Of a stretch of DNA of 44,824 nt, positions 36,187 through 44,824 are shown piece by piece. The DNA is from Ruminococcus sp. GTDB lineage: Bacteria > Bacillota > Clostridia > Oscillospirales > Ruminococcaceae. A program made the position numbers and the translations under genes. The notes below the pieces were generated by a model. That model was not told where the DNA came from. It made no database searches and worked only from the letters and a program-made list of their open reading frames with translations. Within the stretch, counting starts at the first letter, position 1, and each line of letters opens with the position of its first letter. The DNA lies in contig JAFZYX010000120.1 in assembly GCA_017616055.1 (NCBI GenBank), positions 1 to 44,824 of the forward strand. Reading direction: 5' to 3'.

Positions 36187-36262
36187 CGTATAAGAAAAAG
36201 CGATAAATACCTGATAATTACTGATAAGTGTAAAAACATGAAAGGAAAATACTGAATAGAGT

Positions 36263-36727
36263 ATGAAAGTACTAAAAAAGATATTCAGTTTGACAGCCGC
36301 GGCCGTGATGTGCCTGCTGATGTGTTCGTGTGATAGAAGCGATTCGGACAGCAGTACAGACATTTTAAAAAACGGAGCCGAAAGCATAGTGCCATCAAGA
36401 GCGGAACTGATCGATAATACCAAAGATGCAGGTTATACTGTAACTGAATTTAATGATATTTATGATCTTAAAGTCAGCGGAGAAAGGGTACTTGCGGAAA
36501 AAGACGGCAAGTTTATAGATATATGCTATGGACTGAGCGAGGATGATGCAAAAGAGGTATTCAGATATTATGAGACAAAATACGATCCTCAGATCAAATC
36601 TCAGGAGTATTATATGCTTTCACGTAATCAAAACTTTGTCTATTTTATAAGTGACAAATCCACGTTTAAGGTAAGCGGCTTCAAAAGCATTGATAACGAC
36701 GGTGAACAGTACATTTGCAAAGAATAA
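36263..36727 (+). CDS. Hypothetical lipoprotein
   Basis: Basic N-terminus, hydrophobic stretch, lipobox-like LMCS-C, polar mature region. Confidence 0.7.
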   Translation: MKVLKKIFSLTAAAVMCLLMCSCDRSDSDSSTDILKNGAESIVPSRAELIDNTKDAGYTVTEFNDIYDLKVSGERVLAEKDGKFIDICYGLSEDDAKEVFRYYETKYDPQIKSQEYYMLSRNQNFVYFISDKSTFKVSGFKSIDNDGEQYICKE

Positions 36728-36819
36728 AGCTCTTATCGAACCAGATTTGCGTTTTTATACACAAAAACAAAGAGACATATATAAAAGAAAGAGAAACAGA
36801 AAGACAGGAGGCAGACAAA

Positions 36820-38259
36820 ATGAAATTAAGTGATCTTATCGAAAATAACGCTGTTACGGCTATCGGCGATGCTGAGATAAGTTCTGTGACCGATGATACG
36901 CGCAAGGTGACTGAGGGAAGCCTCTTTGTCTGCGTAAAAGGCGGAAGCTTTGACGGACATACTGCAGCTGCTGAGATGCTTGAAAAAGGTGCGGTTGCAG
37001 TAGTCTGCGAGCGAGATCTTGGACTTGGTGAGCGGCAGATAATTACAGATAATTCGCGAAAGCTCTATGGGCAGATTTGTTCTGCATGGTTCGGCCATCC
37101 TGAGAGAAAAATGAAGATGATAGGTGTAACAGGCACTAACGGTAAGACTACGATTACAAATGTCATCAAGCATATCCTCATGAAAAACGGTCACAAAACA
37201 GGACTTGTGGGTACTATTCAGAACGAGATCGGAGACGAGGTACTTCACACAGATAATACAACGCCAATGGCATATGATTTTATGGCATTGCTCGCAAAGA
37301 TGGCGGATGCAGGTTGTGAATATGTGGTTATGGAAGTCTCTTCCTTTGGCTTGTGTCAGTATAGGATAGGTTCTTCGTATTTTGATGTTGCGGTATTTAC
37401 AAACCTTACACAGGATCATCTTGATTATCATAAGGACATGGAAGACTACTATCAGGCTAAGAGAATGTTATTTGATATCTGTGACTGCGCTGTGGTAAAT
37501 ATTGATGACGATTACGGAAAGCGTCTGTTTGGTGAGGTAAACTGCAAGAGGTACGGCTTCAGTGTAAAGGAAAACGCCGATATTTATGCAGACGGTATAA
37601 AGATAAAGTCCACAGGTTCAAGCTTTTGGTTCTGTCGTGACGGTAAATCTCACCTTATAAAGACAAAAATGCCTGGACTGTTTAATGTTTCAAATTTAAC
37701 AGCGGCTATAGCTGCATGCCTCGAAGAAGGACTCACTATCGAAAGCATTATTCCTGCAGTCGAGGATTACAACGGAGTTAAGGGGCGCTGTGAGATAATA
37801 CCAACAGGTCGCGATTTTACTGTTATTTGCGACTATGCTCATACTCCAGATGCTGTCGAGAACATACTCAGAAGTGTAAAAGAGTACACTGATAACGACC
37901 TTATCTGCCTTTTTGGCTGTGGTGGAAACCGCGATGCGGCTAAACGTCCGAAAATGGCGCAAGCCGCTTCAAAATATGCCGACAAGCTTATAGTTACTTC
38001 AGATAATCCAAGAAATGAAAAGCCCGAAGCAATTATTGATGACATTCTTGCAGGACTCGATGGAATGTCCGTAAACTATGATGTTGTTGTTGACAGAAGA
38101 GAAGCTATATATCATGCCTTGAAAATTGCTGAGAAAGGTGATATAATAGTACTTGCTGGCAAGGGACATGAGGATTATCAGATCCTTGCTGGCATGGAGC
38201 ACATCCATTTCGACGAGCGAGAGGTCGTTGCTGATGGACTCAAATTGCTCGATCAATAA
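36820..38259 (+). CDS. murE: UDP-MurNAc-Ala-Glu:meso-DAP ligase
   Basis: GVTGTNGKTT, MEVSS, TNLTQDHLDYH, DYAHTPDA, DNPR (meso-DAP type), AGKGHE; RBS AGGAGG before ATG 36820. Confidence 0.96.
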   Translation: MKLSDLIENNAVTAIGDAEISSVTDDTRKVTEGSLFVCVKGGSFDGHTAAAEMLEKGAVAVVCERDLGLGERQIITDNSRKLYGQICSAWFGHPERKMKMIGVTGTNGKTTITNVIKHILMKNGHKTGLVGTIQNEIGDEVLHTDNTTPMAYDFMALLAKMADAGCEYVVMEVSSFGLCQYRIGSSYFDVAVFTNLTQDHLDYHKDMEDYYQAKRMLFDICDCAVVNIDDDYGKRLFGEVNCKRYGFSVKENADIYADGIKIKSTGSSFWFCRDGKSHLIKTKMPGLFNVSNLTAAIAACLEEGLTIESIIPAVEDYNGVKGRCEIIPTGRDFTVICDYAHTPDAVENILRSVKEYTDNDLICLFGCGGNRDAAKRPKMAQAASKYADKLIVTSDNPRNEKPEAIIDDILAGLDGMSVNYDVVVDRREAIYHALKIAEKGDIIVLAGKGHEDYQILAGMEHIHFDEREVVADGLKLLDQ

Positions 38260-38283
38260 GAAAACTGGAGTTGTTAGAAAAAA

Positions 38284-39327
38284 ATGTCAATATCTTTCTG
38301 GATAATTAATGTTGCTACAGTACTTTTATCCTTTGTGATAGCAGGAGTTTCAGGCATATTTCTTGTTCCTTTCCTGCACAAGATAAAGTTTGGTCAGCCT
38401 ATCAAGACTGAGGATGGACCTAAATGGCACGCGAAGAAACAGGGAACACCAACTATGGGTGGTTTCATGTTTATAATCTCGACTATTATTTCGGCGATAG
38501 CAGGCTACTGGCTGTTTAGACTTAAAGTAGGCGTTGATACCACAGATAAGGAGAGCTTCAACGCATTCTACCGCATGCTGAGCTGTTTAATTTATGCGGC
38601 TTCATTTGGTATCATAGGTTTTATTGACGATTTTACAAAGATAGCAAGAAAGAAGAACGACGGACTGACTGCATGGCAGAAGATAGCCCTGCAGCTCTTG
38701 TTCTCAGTCGGTTTTCTATATGCAATACGCTGTTTTGGCGACAAGTCTACAAAGATAGACTTAGGCTTCTGGACCAGCCCATCACTTGGCATTTTCTATT
38801 ATTTATTAATGATGGCTGTGATCATTTACCTGACAAATGCGGTAAATCTCACAGACGGTGTTGACGGTCTATGCGGTTCAGTATCATTTGTGGCAATGCT
38901 CATATTCACAGTGACATGTGCAATATTGAAAGAGTATGAAATGACTTGTCTTACGATGGCTCTTGCAGGCGGATGTCTTGGTTTCCTCCTGTGGAATCTG
39001 AATCCTGCCAAGTGTTTTATGGGCGATACCGGTTCAATGTTTCTCGGTGCAGCAGTAACAGGTATCGGACTTGTTCTCCATAAGCATCTTCTCATTATTC
39101 TTATTTCTATGGTCTATATCCTCGAAGCTCTTTCCGTTATGATACAGGTGCTATATTTCAAGTATACTAAGAAAAAGTACGGAGAGGGCAGACGTATATT
39201 CAAAATGACGCCTATACATCACCACTTTGAGATGAGCGGCTTCAGTGAGTACAAGATAGTGATTACTTTTTCATTGGTCGGCATTATTTTCGGAGTTTTG
39301 GGAATAATTACATTGCTGGCAAACTAA
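38284..39327 (+). CDS. mraY: Phospho-N-acetylmuramoyl-pentapeptide transferase
   Basis: KQGTPTMGG, GFIDD, NAVNLTDGVDGL, FMGDTGS, PIHHHFE. Confidence 0.97.
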   Translation: MSISFWIINVATVLLSFVIAGVSGIFLVPFLHKIKFGQPIKTEDGPKWHAKKQGTPTMGGFMFIISTIISAIAGYWLFRLKVGVDTTDKESFNAFYRMLSCLIYAASFGIIGFIDDFTKIARKKNDGLTAWQKIALQLLFSVGFLYAIRCFGDKSTKIDLGFWTSPSLGIFYYLLMMAVIIYLTNAVNLTDGVDGLCGSVSFVAMLIFTVTCAILKEYEMTCLTMALAGGCLGFLLWNLNPAKCFMGDTGSMFLGAAVTGIGLVLHKHLLIILISMVYILEALSVMIQVLYFKYTKKKYGEGRRIFKMTPIHHHFEMSGFSEYKIVITFSLVGIIFGVLGIITLLAN

Positions 39328-39361
39328 TACAGCCAAATCCACAGGACCATAAGGAGAAAAA

Positions 39362-40642
39362 ATGGCTTCAAGCAAAAAAAATACAAAAAAGCGGCTTGCC
39401 ATCTCAAATCCATTTTCGGGTGGCAGACGAGGAGACCTCAGCCTTTCGTTCTTTGCTTATGTTATGATACTGCTTGTAGTTGGTATCGTAATGATGTCCT
39501 CCGCAAGCTATGCGTGGGCATACAGCGAGCACGGCGGCGATGGTCTTTATTATGCGAAAAATCAGGCGAAGCACGCTGTTATCGGCTTTATCGCCATGAT
39601 TTTTTTTATGAAGATGGACTATCACAATTTCAAGAATATAAAACTGCCTATACTCAAGAAACTTAATATTGCAAGCTTAATGTATTTTGGCGGAATAGTG
39701 CTTCTCGTTGCAGTTCTGCTCATCGGTAACGATGAGGGTGGTTCAATGGGCGCAAGAAGATGGATAGATATCGGACCTCTGAATTTACAGCCATCAGAGG
39801 TGGCGAAGCTCGCCCTTATAATCTTCTTTGCGTACAGTATGGAGCGTGACGGCAAGAAAATGAATACTTTCAAGACTGGAATATTGAAATATTCTCTCAT
39901 TCTTGGAGCCTATCTTGGACTTATCGTTCTTGAAAAGCACATTTCTGGTTGTATTCTTCTCGGAACTATTGCAGTTGCTATGATACTCTGCGGTGGTGTT
40001 AATAAGAAGCATTTTCTTGGATTGGGTGCAGCTGCTCTCAGTATCGCAATAGCATATATTTCGTGGCAGGCTCAGGTTCCTGGAAGCTACGTAAGCAAAC
40101 GTATCCACGCATGGAGGATGCCTTTTGAGGATAAGCTAGGCGATTCATGGCAGACAGGAAATTCCCTTATTGCAATAGGTTCTGGCGGCCTTTTCGGTCT
40201 AGGTCTCGGAAACTCACGTCAGAAATATCTTTATCTCCCCGAAACCAAGAACGATTTCGTTTTTCCCATAGTATGCGAAGAACTAGGTTTTGCCGGAGCT
40301 CTCGCGATAATAATCGTATTCTTCCTTCTTGTAGTTGAGGGGTATTCCATAGCTGTACGTTGCAAGGACCGCTTTGGCATGCTCATTGCTGTTGGTATAA
40401 CTACTCAGATTGGAATTCAGGCAGTACTGAACCTTGCTGTTGTAAGTAATCTTGTACCTAATACAGGTATAAGCCTGCCGTTTTTCAGCTACGGCGGAAC
40501 TGCATTGATAATGCAGTTGGCGGAAATGGGAATAATGCTGAATATATCACAGCAAAGATATTATCCCGACGAAAAGGTGAAAGCACTCAGGAAAAATAGA
40601 ACAAGGCACAGCGCGAATAAAGCTGAGCCAAAAGGAGCATGA
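39362..40642 (+). CDS. ftsW: SEDS glycosyltransferase FtsW/SpoVE
   Basis: GARRWI, QPSEVAK, IGSGGLFG, LPETKNDF, PNTGISLPFFSYGG. Confidence 0.93.
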   Translation: MASSKKNTKKRLAISNPFSGGRRGDLSLSFFAYVMILLVVGIVMMSSASYAWAYSEHGGDGLYYAKNQAKHAVIGFIAMIFFMKMDYHNFKNIKLPILKKLNIASLMYFGGIVLLVAVLLIGNDEGGSMGARRWIDIGPLNLQPSEVAKLALIIFFAYSMERDGKKMNTFKTGILKYSLILGAYLGLIVLEKHISGCILLGTIAVAMILCGGVNKKHFLGLGAAALSIAIAYISWQAQVPGSYVSKRIHAWRMPFEDKLGDSWQTGNSLIAIGSGGLFGLGLGNSRQKYLYLPETKNDFVFPIVCEELGFAGALAIIIVFFLLVVEGYSIAVRCKDRFGMLIAVGITTQIGIQAVLNLAVVSNLVPNTGISLPFFSYGGTALIMQLAEMGIMLNISQQRYYPDEKVKALRKNRTRHSANKAEPKGA

Positions 40643-40644
40643 TT

Positions 40645-41778
40645 ATGAAAGTGCTTATCGCGTGTGGCGGAACAGGCGGACATATCAATCCGGGTCTTGC
40701 CATTGCTGATATAATAAAAAAGAAGTACCCAGATGCTGAGTTCCTCTTCGCAGGTACTCCAAAGGGCATGGAATCTAAGTTGGTTCCAAAGGCTGGTTAT
40801 AAACTTGAAACTATCAAAGTTGCCGGTTTTCAGAGAAAGATATCACTTGAGAATATTGGCAGGAATGCAAAAGCTCTTGCCTATCTTGTAACATCTGGCA
40901 GGAGAGCAAAGCAGATAATAGAGAACTTCAAACCTGACATTGCTATAGGTACAGGCGGATATGCGGCAGGACCTGTAATACGAAAAGCTGCAAGAATGGG
41001 AATTCCTACGGCTATTCACGAGCAGAATGCCTATCCGGGAGTTACAAACAAGCTCCTTTCAAAGGAAGTTGACTATGTAATGCTTACAGTCAAGGAAGCC
41101 CTTGACTTTATGGATAAGACTAAGTTTGAGTACAGCGTGACTGGACTTCCCGTAAGGAGTAATATTAATACGATGAGCCGTGAAGAAGCCCGTAAAAAAC
41201 TCGGCTTCGATGACAGCTTTACCATTCTTTCCTTTGGCGGAAGTTTAGGCGCAGGTTGCATAAATGATACTATGACAGAGGTATTAAAGTGGCATACGGG
41301 CAAAAAGCTTGACATAAATCATATTCACGGTTATGGCGGTATGGGAAAGGAAACATTCCCGCAGGCTATGAAAAATGCTGGAATACCGTTTAAGTCAGAC
41401 AGATTGAGGATAACCGAATATATAAATGATATGGACGTATGTCTTGCTGCGGCAGATCTTGTTATTTGCCGTTCTGGAGCATCAACACTTGCTGAGCTTG
41501 AAGCGGCGGGCAAAGCTTCCATACTTATCCCATCACCAATAGTTGCAGGAAATCATCAGTATCACAATGCAATGGTGCTCGTAAATGCAGGTGCGGCAGT
41601 TGTCATCGAGCAGAAAGATGTGACCAACGAACGAATGATAGATGAGATAGAAAAGCTTTACAATGACACTGCAAAAGTAAAATCCATGTCTGAAAGTGCG
41701 GCGAAGCTTCATCTTGCTGATACAAATGACAGAATACTTGCGGTTATTGACAAGCTTATTGAAAAGGCCAAAAAATAA
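40645..41778 (+). CDS. murG: Undecaprenyl-PP-MurNAc-pentapeptide GlcNAc transferase
   Basis: GGTGGHINP, GTGGY, HEQN, GGSLGA, RSGAST, HQYHNA; start 40645 or 40639. Confidence 0.96.
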   Translation: MKVLIACGGTGGHINPGLAIADIIKKKYPDAEFLFAGTPKGMESKLVPKAGYKLETIKVAGFQRKISLENIGRNAKALAYLVTSGRRAKQIIENFKPDIAIGTGGYAAGPVIRKAARMGIPTAIHEQNAYPGVTNKLLSKEVDYVMLTVKEALDFMDKTKFEYSVTGLPVRSNINTMSREEARKKLGFDDSFTILSFGGSLGAGCINDTMTEVLKWHTGKKLDINHIHGYGGMGKETFPQAMKNAGIPFKSDRLRITEYINDMDVCLAAADLVICRSGASTLAELEAAGKASILIPSPIVAGNHQYHNAMVLVNAGAAVVIEQKDVTNERMIDEIEKLYNDTAKVKSMSESAAKLHLADTNDRILAVIDKLIEKAKK

Positions 41779-41939
41779 ACTTGTAATATATTGTTTCGGT
41801 AAACCGGATGGAACTAAATGCATATTCCAAATAAGATGTCGGAAACATTTGAAAGGTTTCTGACTTCAAATAACATATTTTAGAGTAACATTGAAATGCC
41901 CGACAGCATACAATACAAAAAATGCTGTGGGGTGGTATA

Positions 41940-43199
41940 ATGCAGAAATTCATAATAAACGGCGGCAGGCGGCTGAGAGGCGAGCTTGATTTGCAGGGGA
42001 GCAAAAACAGTTCCCTGCCAATAATGGCTGCGTCGCTGTTGTGCTGCGGAGAATGTATGCTACGCAACTGTCCGAACCTGACTGATGTTTACGCAGCTTC
42101 AAGAATCCTTAACTGTGTTGGTTGCAGATGTAATTTTTTTGATAACAATGTGTCTGTAGACTCTTCTGTTGTCGAGGAAACGACAGTAAGTGAGGATCTC
42201 ATGCGTGAAATGCGCTCGTCAATAATCTTCATGGGAGCTATGCTTGGCAGGACAGGGGAATGTACAGTAAGTATACCCGGAGGCTGTGAGCTTGGACCGC
42301 GCCCTATAGATATGCATCTTGCAGCTCTCAGAAAAATGGGAGTTGATATCCGAGATAATGGTGGCAGTATAGTGTGCAAAGCTTCTTCAGGCAGGGCAAA
42401 GGGAGCAAAGATTAACCTTGCTTTTCCGTCAGTTGGAGCTACTGAGAACATAATTCTCTGCGCTGTTACAGCAGATGGCGAAACGGTTATAAACAATGCT
42501 GCGAGAGAGCCGGAGATACGCGATCTTTGCGATTTTCTTATGAATTGCGGAGCTGACATAAGGAATGATGGCGAAAGCCGTATTATAATTAACGGAAAAC
42601 AACAGCTTCACGGCTGTGAATATACAATAATGCCTGACAGGATAGTAGCAGCAACCTATTTATCGATGGTAGCTGCGACAAGGGGCGAGCTGATACTTAC
42701 AAATGCCTGTATACCAGAGATAGAACCGTTCTTATCTGTTTTAGAACAGACGGGCTGCAGTATTTATACATCTGAAAAAAAGATATATCTTCGCAGCGGT
42801 TCTAGACTAAGGGCTGTAAGGGACAGGATACGGACAATGCCTCACCCCGGATTTCCTACGGATGCTCAGGCTGTGTTGATGGCAGCAATTTCAGCCGCAG
42901 ATGGCACGAGTGTATTTGAGGAGAACATTTTTGATTGCCGCTACCGTCATACGGATGCGCTTATAAAAATGGGAGCTGATATACAGGTACTCGGTAAGGT
43001 TGCTGTTGTCAAAGGCGTAGAAAAACTCCATGGTGCGAAGGTTGAAGCAACTGATCTTCGCGGAGGAGCTGCAATGGTAATTGCGGCATTGTGCGCGGAG
43101 GGAAACTCCGAGATAACAAAAATATGTCATATTGACAGAGGCTATGAAAATATGGAAAAAGCCGTTAGTCTTCTAGGCGGAGATATTCGTCGGAACTGA
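41940..43199 (+). CDS. murA: UDP-N-acetylglucosamine 1-carboxyvinyltransferase
   Basis: GSKN, MRSS, PGGCELGPRPIDMH (active Cys present), SVGATEN, AAREPE, PGFPTD, DLRGG, IDRGYE. Confidence 0.95.
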   Translation: MQKFIINGGRRLRGELDLQGSKNSSLPIMAASLLCCGECMLRNCPNLTDVYAASRILNCVGCRCNFFDNNVSVDSSVVEETTVSEDLMREMRSSIIFMGAMLGRTGECTVSIPGGCELGPRPIDMHLAALRKMGVDIRDNGGSIVCKASSGRAKGAKINLAFPSVGATENIILCAVTADGETVINNAAREPEIRDLCDFLMNCGADIRNDGESRIIINGKQQLHGCEYTIMPDRIVAATYLSMVAATRGELILTNACIPEIEPFLSVLEQTGCSIYTSEKKIYLRSGSRLRAVRDRIRTMPHPGFPTDAQAVLMAAISAADGTSVFEENIFDCRYRHTDALIKMGADIQVLGKVAVVKGVEKLHGAKVEATDLRGGAAMVIAALCAEGNSEITKICHIDRGYENMEKAVSLLGGDIRRN

Positions 43200-43221
43200 G
43201 GCGGAAAGTTATGGAGAAAAT

Positions 43222-44427
43222 ATGAAAGACGTTGAAAAGACCAGTGTAGAAAGGCAGAACAGCCGAAAGCGTATAAGAAGGCGCCAGAGGTGGACTAATG
43301 TCTATGGACTTGTGGTTATTTTACTTGTCCTGACCGCAGGAATAACTATTAGTTATACGTTTTTATTCAATATTAGCGAGATACGTGTGGCCGGACAGTC
43401 TGATATGTATACTGCGGAGGAGATAGTTGCTGCTTCGGGAATAAAAGAGGGAGATAATCTCCTGAGACTTGACTGTAAAAAGAGCGCACAGCGTATACTT
43501 GATCAGCTATTGTACGTGGAGACTGCTGACGTAGACAGGAAGTTCCCGTCAGCACTTGAAATAACGGTAACGCGTTGTATTCCCGCATTCAATGTCAATT
43601 ACGGAAGCGGAACTCTTCTTGTAAGCAAAAAAGGGAAAATATTGGCGGATAACGGCTTTATTACTCCAGATCTCCCAATAATTTACGGACTAGACCCGGC
43701 TGACAAGACTCCTGGGAAAATGACAGCTTCAGAAAACAAACACAAAAACGAGGCATTCGAGGCACTTATCGCAAGTATTGTGAAAATGGGCGACGATAAG
43801 ATAATGACTGTAGATATGAGTGATGAGCACTCTATATTAGTGAAATACAAGAATGAAATGATTTTTAAAATGGGTAACTGGAACGATGTAGAGTATAAGT
43901 TAACCCTTGCAGAAAATGTCATGAATACCGAAGATGTAAAGGGGAAAAAAGGCTATCTAACTATGATTGGAACCAATCAGTGTAGTTTCCGCCCAAGTGA
44001 CGGACCAGTTTTTGTGCCTGGAAGCCCCGAAGCAGCTACAGAGCCTATTACTGATGAATATGGCAATCCTATCAAAGGAGAGCGTGATCCTGGTCAGGAG
44101 GCTGAATTTGAGAAAAGAAACAGTAACCGCAGGACAGAGGTTCAGACAACGGCTCCTAATTATGCTGGCTACAGCGATGATCAATGGTCAGATTACAGTG
44201 GTAGCCAGTGGTCAGATGACAATAGTCAGCAATGGACGGATTATAGCGAAAATCAGTGGACAGACAACAGTTCTGGACAGTGGAGCGAAACTCCTACTAA
44301 TCAGTGGTCTGACAACAGCTCAGGCGGTTACGATAGTGGAAGCCAATGGAGCGGTGGAGACGATAGTGGATACATAGCTGATACTACGGCATATAGCGGA
44401 TATGAGGATGGCGGATACGTTCAGTAA
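43222..44427 (+). CDS. ftsQ: Cell division protein FtsQ/DivIB with a repetitive C-terminal tail
   Basis: Basic cytoplasmic segment, TM, POTRA (FNISEIRVAG...GDNLL...RKFPSALEITV); position before ftsZ. Confidence 0.88.
   Translation: MKDVEKTSVERQNSRKRIRRRQRWTNVYGLVVILLVLTAGITISYTFLFNISEIRVAGQSDMYTAEEIVAASGIKEGDNLLRLDCKKSAQRILDQLLYVETADVDRKFPSALEITVTRCIPAFNVNYGSGTLLVSKKGKILADNGFITPDLPIIYGLDPADKTPGKMTASENKHKNEAFEALIASIVKMGDDKIMTVDMSDEHSILVKYKNEMIFKMGNWNDVEYKLTLAENVMNTEDVKGKKGYLTMIGTNQCSFRPSDGPVFVPGSPEAATEPITDEYGNPIKGERDPGQEAEFEKRNSNRRTEVQTTAPNYAGYSDDQWSDYSGSQWSDDNSQQWTDYSENQWTDNSSGQWSETPTNQWSDNSSGGYDSGSQWSGGDDSGYIADTTAYSGYEDGGYVQ
44170..44352 (+). repeat. 24-nt-period degenerate repeat encoding QW(S/T)(D/E)
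   Basis: CAR-TGG at 44182, 44206, 44230, 44254, 44278, 44302 and again at 44344. Confidence 0.85.
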
Positions 44428-44524
44428 ACAGACTGGTAATAAAACAAATCAATGTACAAAACGCTGTATTTATACTGCTCGTTCTTGTTAAAATCGCTGA
44501 AAATAAAAAATGTTTAATTAGGAC

Positions 44525-44553
44525 TTGAAAAAATAGCCGTATTATGCTAAAAT
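44525..44553 (+). promoter_or_regulatory. sigma-A promoter for ftsZ
   Basis: TTGAAA, 17 bp, TG-n-TAAAAT. Confidence 0.7.
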
Positions 44554-44627
44554 ATAAAGTGTATTTATAGACTGATATAAAAAATTAGATGAATTAAAGG
44601 ATAATATAAATTGTAGGAGGAGATCAA

Positions 44628-44824
44628 ATGTCAGATTTCAATTATGAAGAAACACTTGAGCCCGATGTTAACATTAAGGTCATCGGAGTTGGCGGCGGTG
44701 GTGGAAACGCTGTAAACTGTATGGTAGATTCAGGTGTCAATAATATAGAATATATTGCAATCAATACAGACGCTAAGGCACTCAACAAGTCCAAGGCTAC
44801 TACAAGAATACCGATTGGTGCTAA
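44628..44824 (+). CDS. ftsZ: Cell division protein FtsZ (5' part, truncated by the window end; absent from the ORF track)
   Basis: Manual translation [48 protein letters not shown]; RBS AGGAGG. Confidence 0.95.
   Translation, partial: MSDFNYEETLEPDVNIKVIGVGGGGGNAVNCMVDSGVNNIEYIAINTDAKALNKSKATTRIPIGA

Noticed and set aside
44170-44352. CRISPR-like periodicity
   Set aside because: 24-nt in-frame coding repeat with no identical direct repeats, no unique spacers and no cas genes
1-44824. Mobile elements, prophage, defence systems, tRNA or rRNA genes
   Set aside because: No transposase, integrase, phage, nuclease or toxin-like ORFs recognised; intergenic gaps are short and show no cloverleaf or rRNA signatures

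Overview
A mostly core-genome window from a cellulosome-producing Firmicute, most consistent with a Ruminococcus flavefaciens-like organism (inferred from the cohesin/dockerin protein and gene order, not from a database search). In order: a membrane EAL protein and a MacAB-type ABC exporter (+). A long minus-strand block follows in coordinate order: Fe-S flavoprotein/GNAT fusion, SpoIIQ-like M23, a frameshifted PBP2, mreD-mreC-mreB, DUF4321, dut, U32, zapA, a hypothetical, lexA and murC. Then come spoVG (+), nudF and a YfhO-family gene (-), and a divergent cohesin-cohesin-dockerin scaffoldin. The rest is on + : iscS-thiI-cinA, two tandem class B sortases, a circularly permuted SpoIID-family protein, and the dcw cluster (mraZ-rsmH-ftsL-pbp-lipoprotein-murE-mraY-ftsW-murG-murA-ftsQ-ftsZ partial). 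I saw no tRNA, rRNA, CRISPR array or mobile element. The best leads are the tandem sortase/permuted SpoIID module near the scaffoldin, a PBP2 -1 frameshift on a canonical slippery heptamer, a ~260 nt structured intergenic RNA with a terminator inside dcw, two 10-bp-phased GGTGA arrays at the mraZ promoter, and a periodic QW(S/T)D tail on FtsQ.
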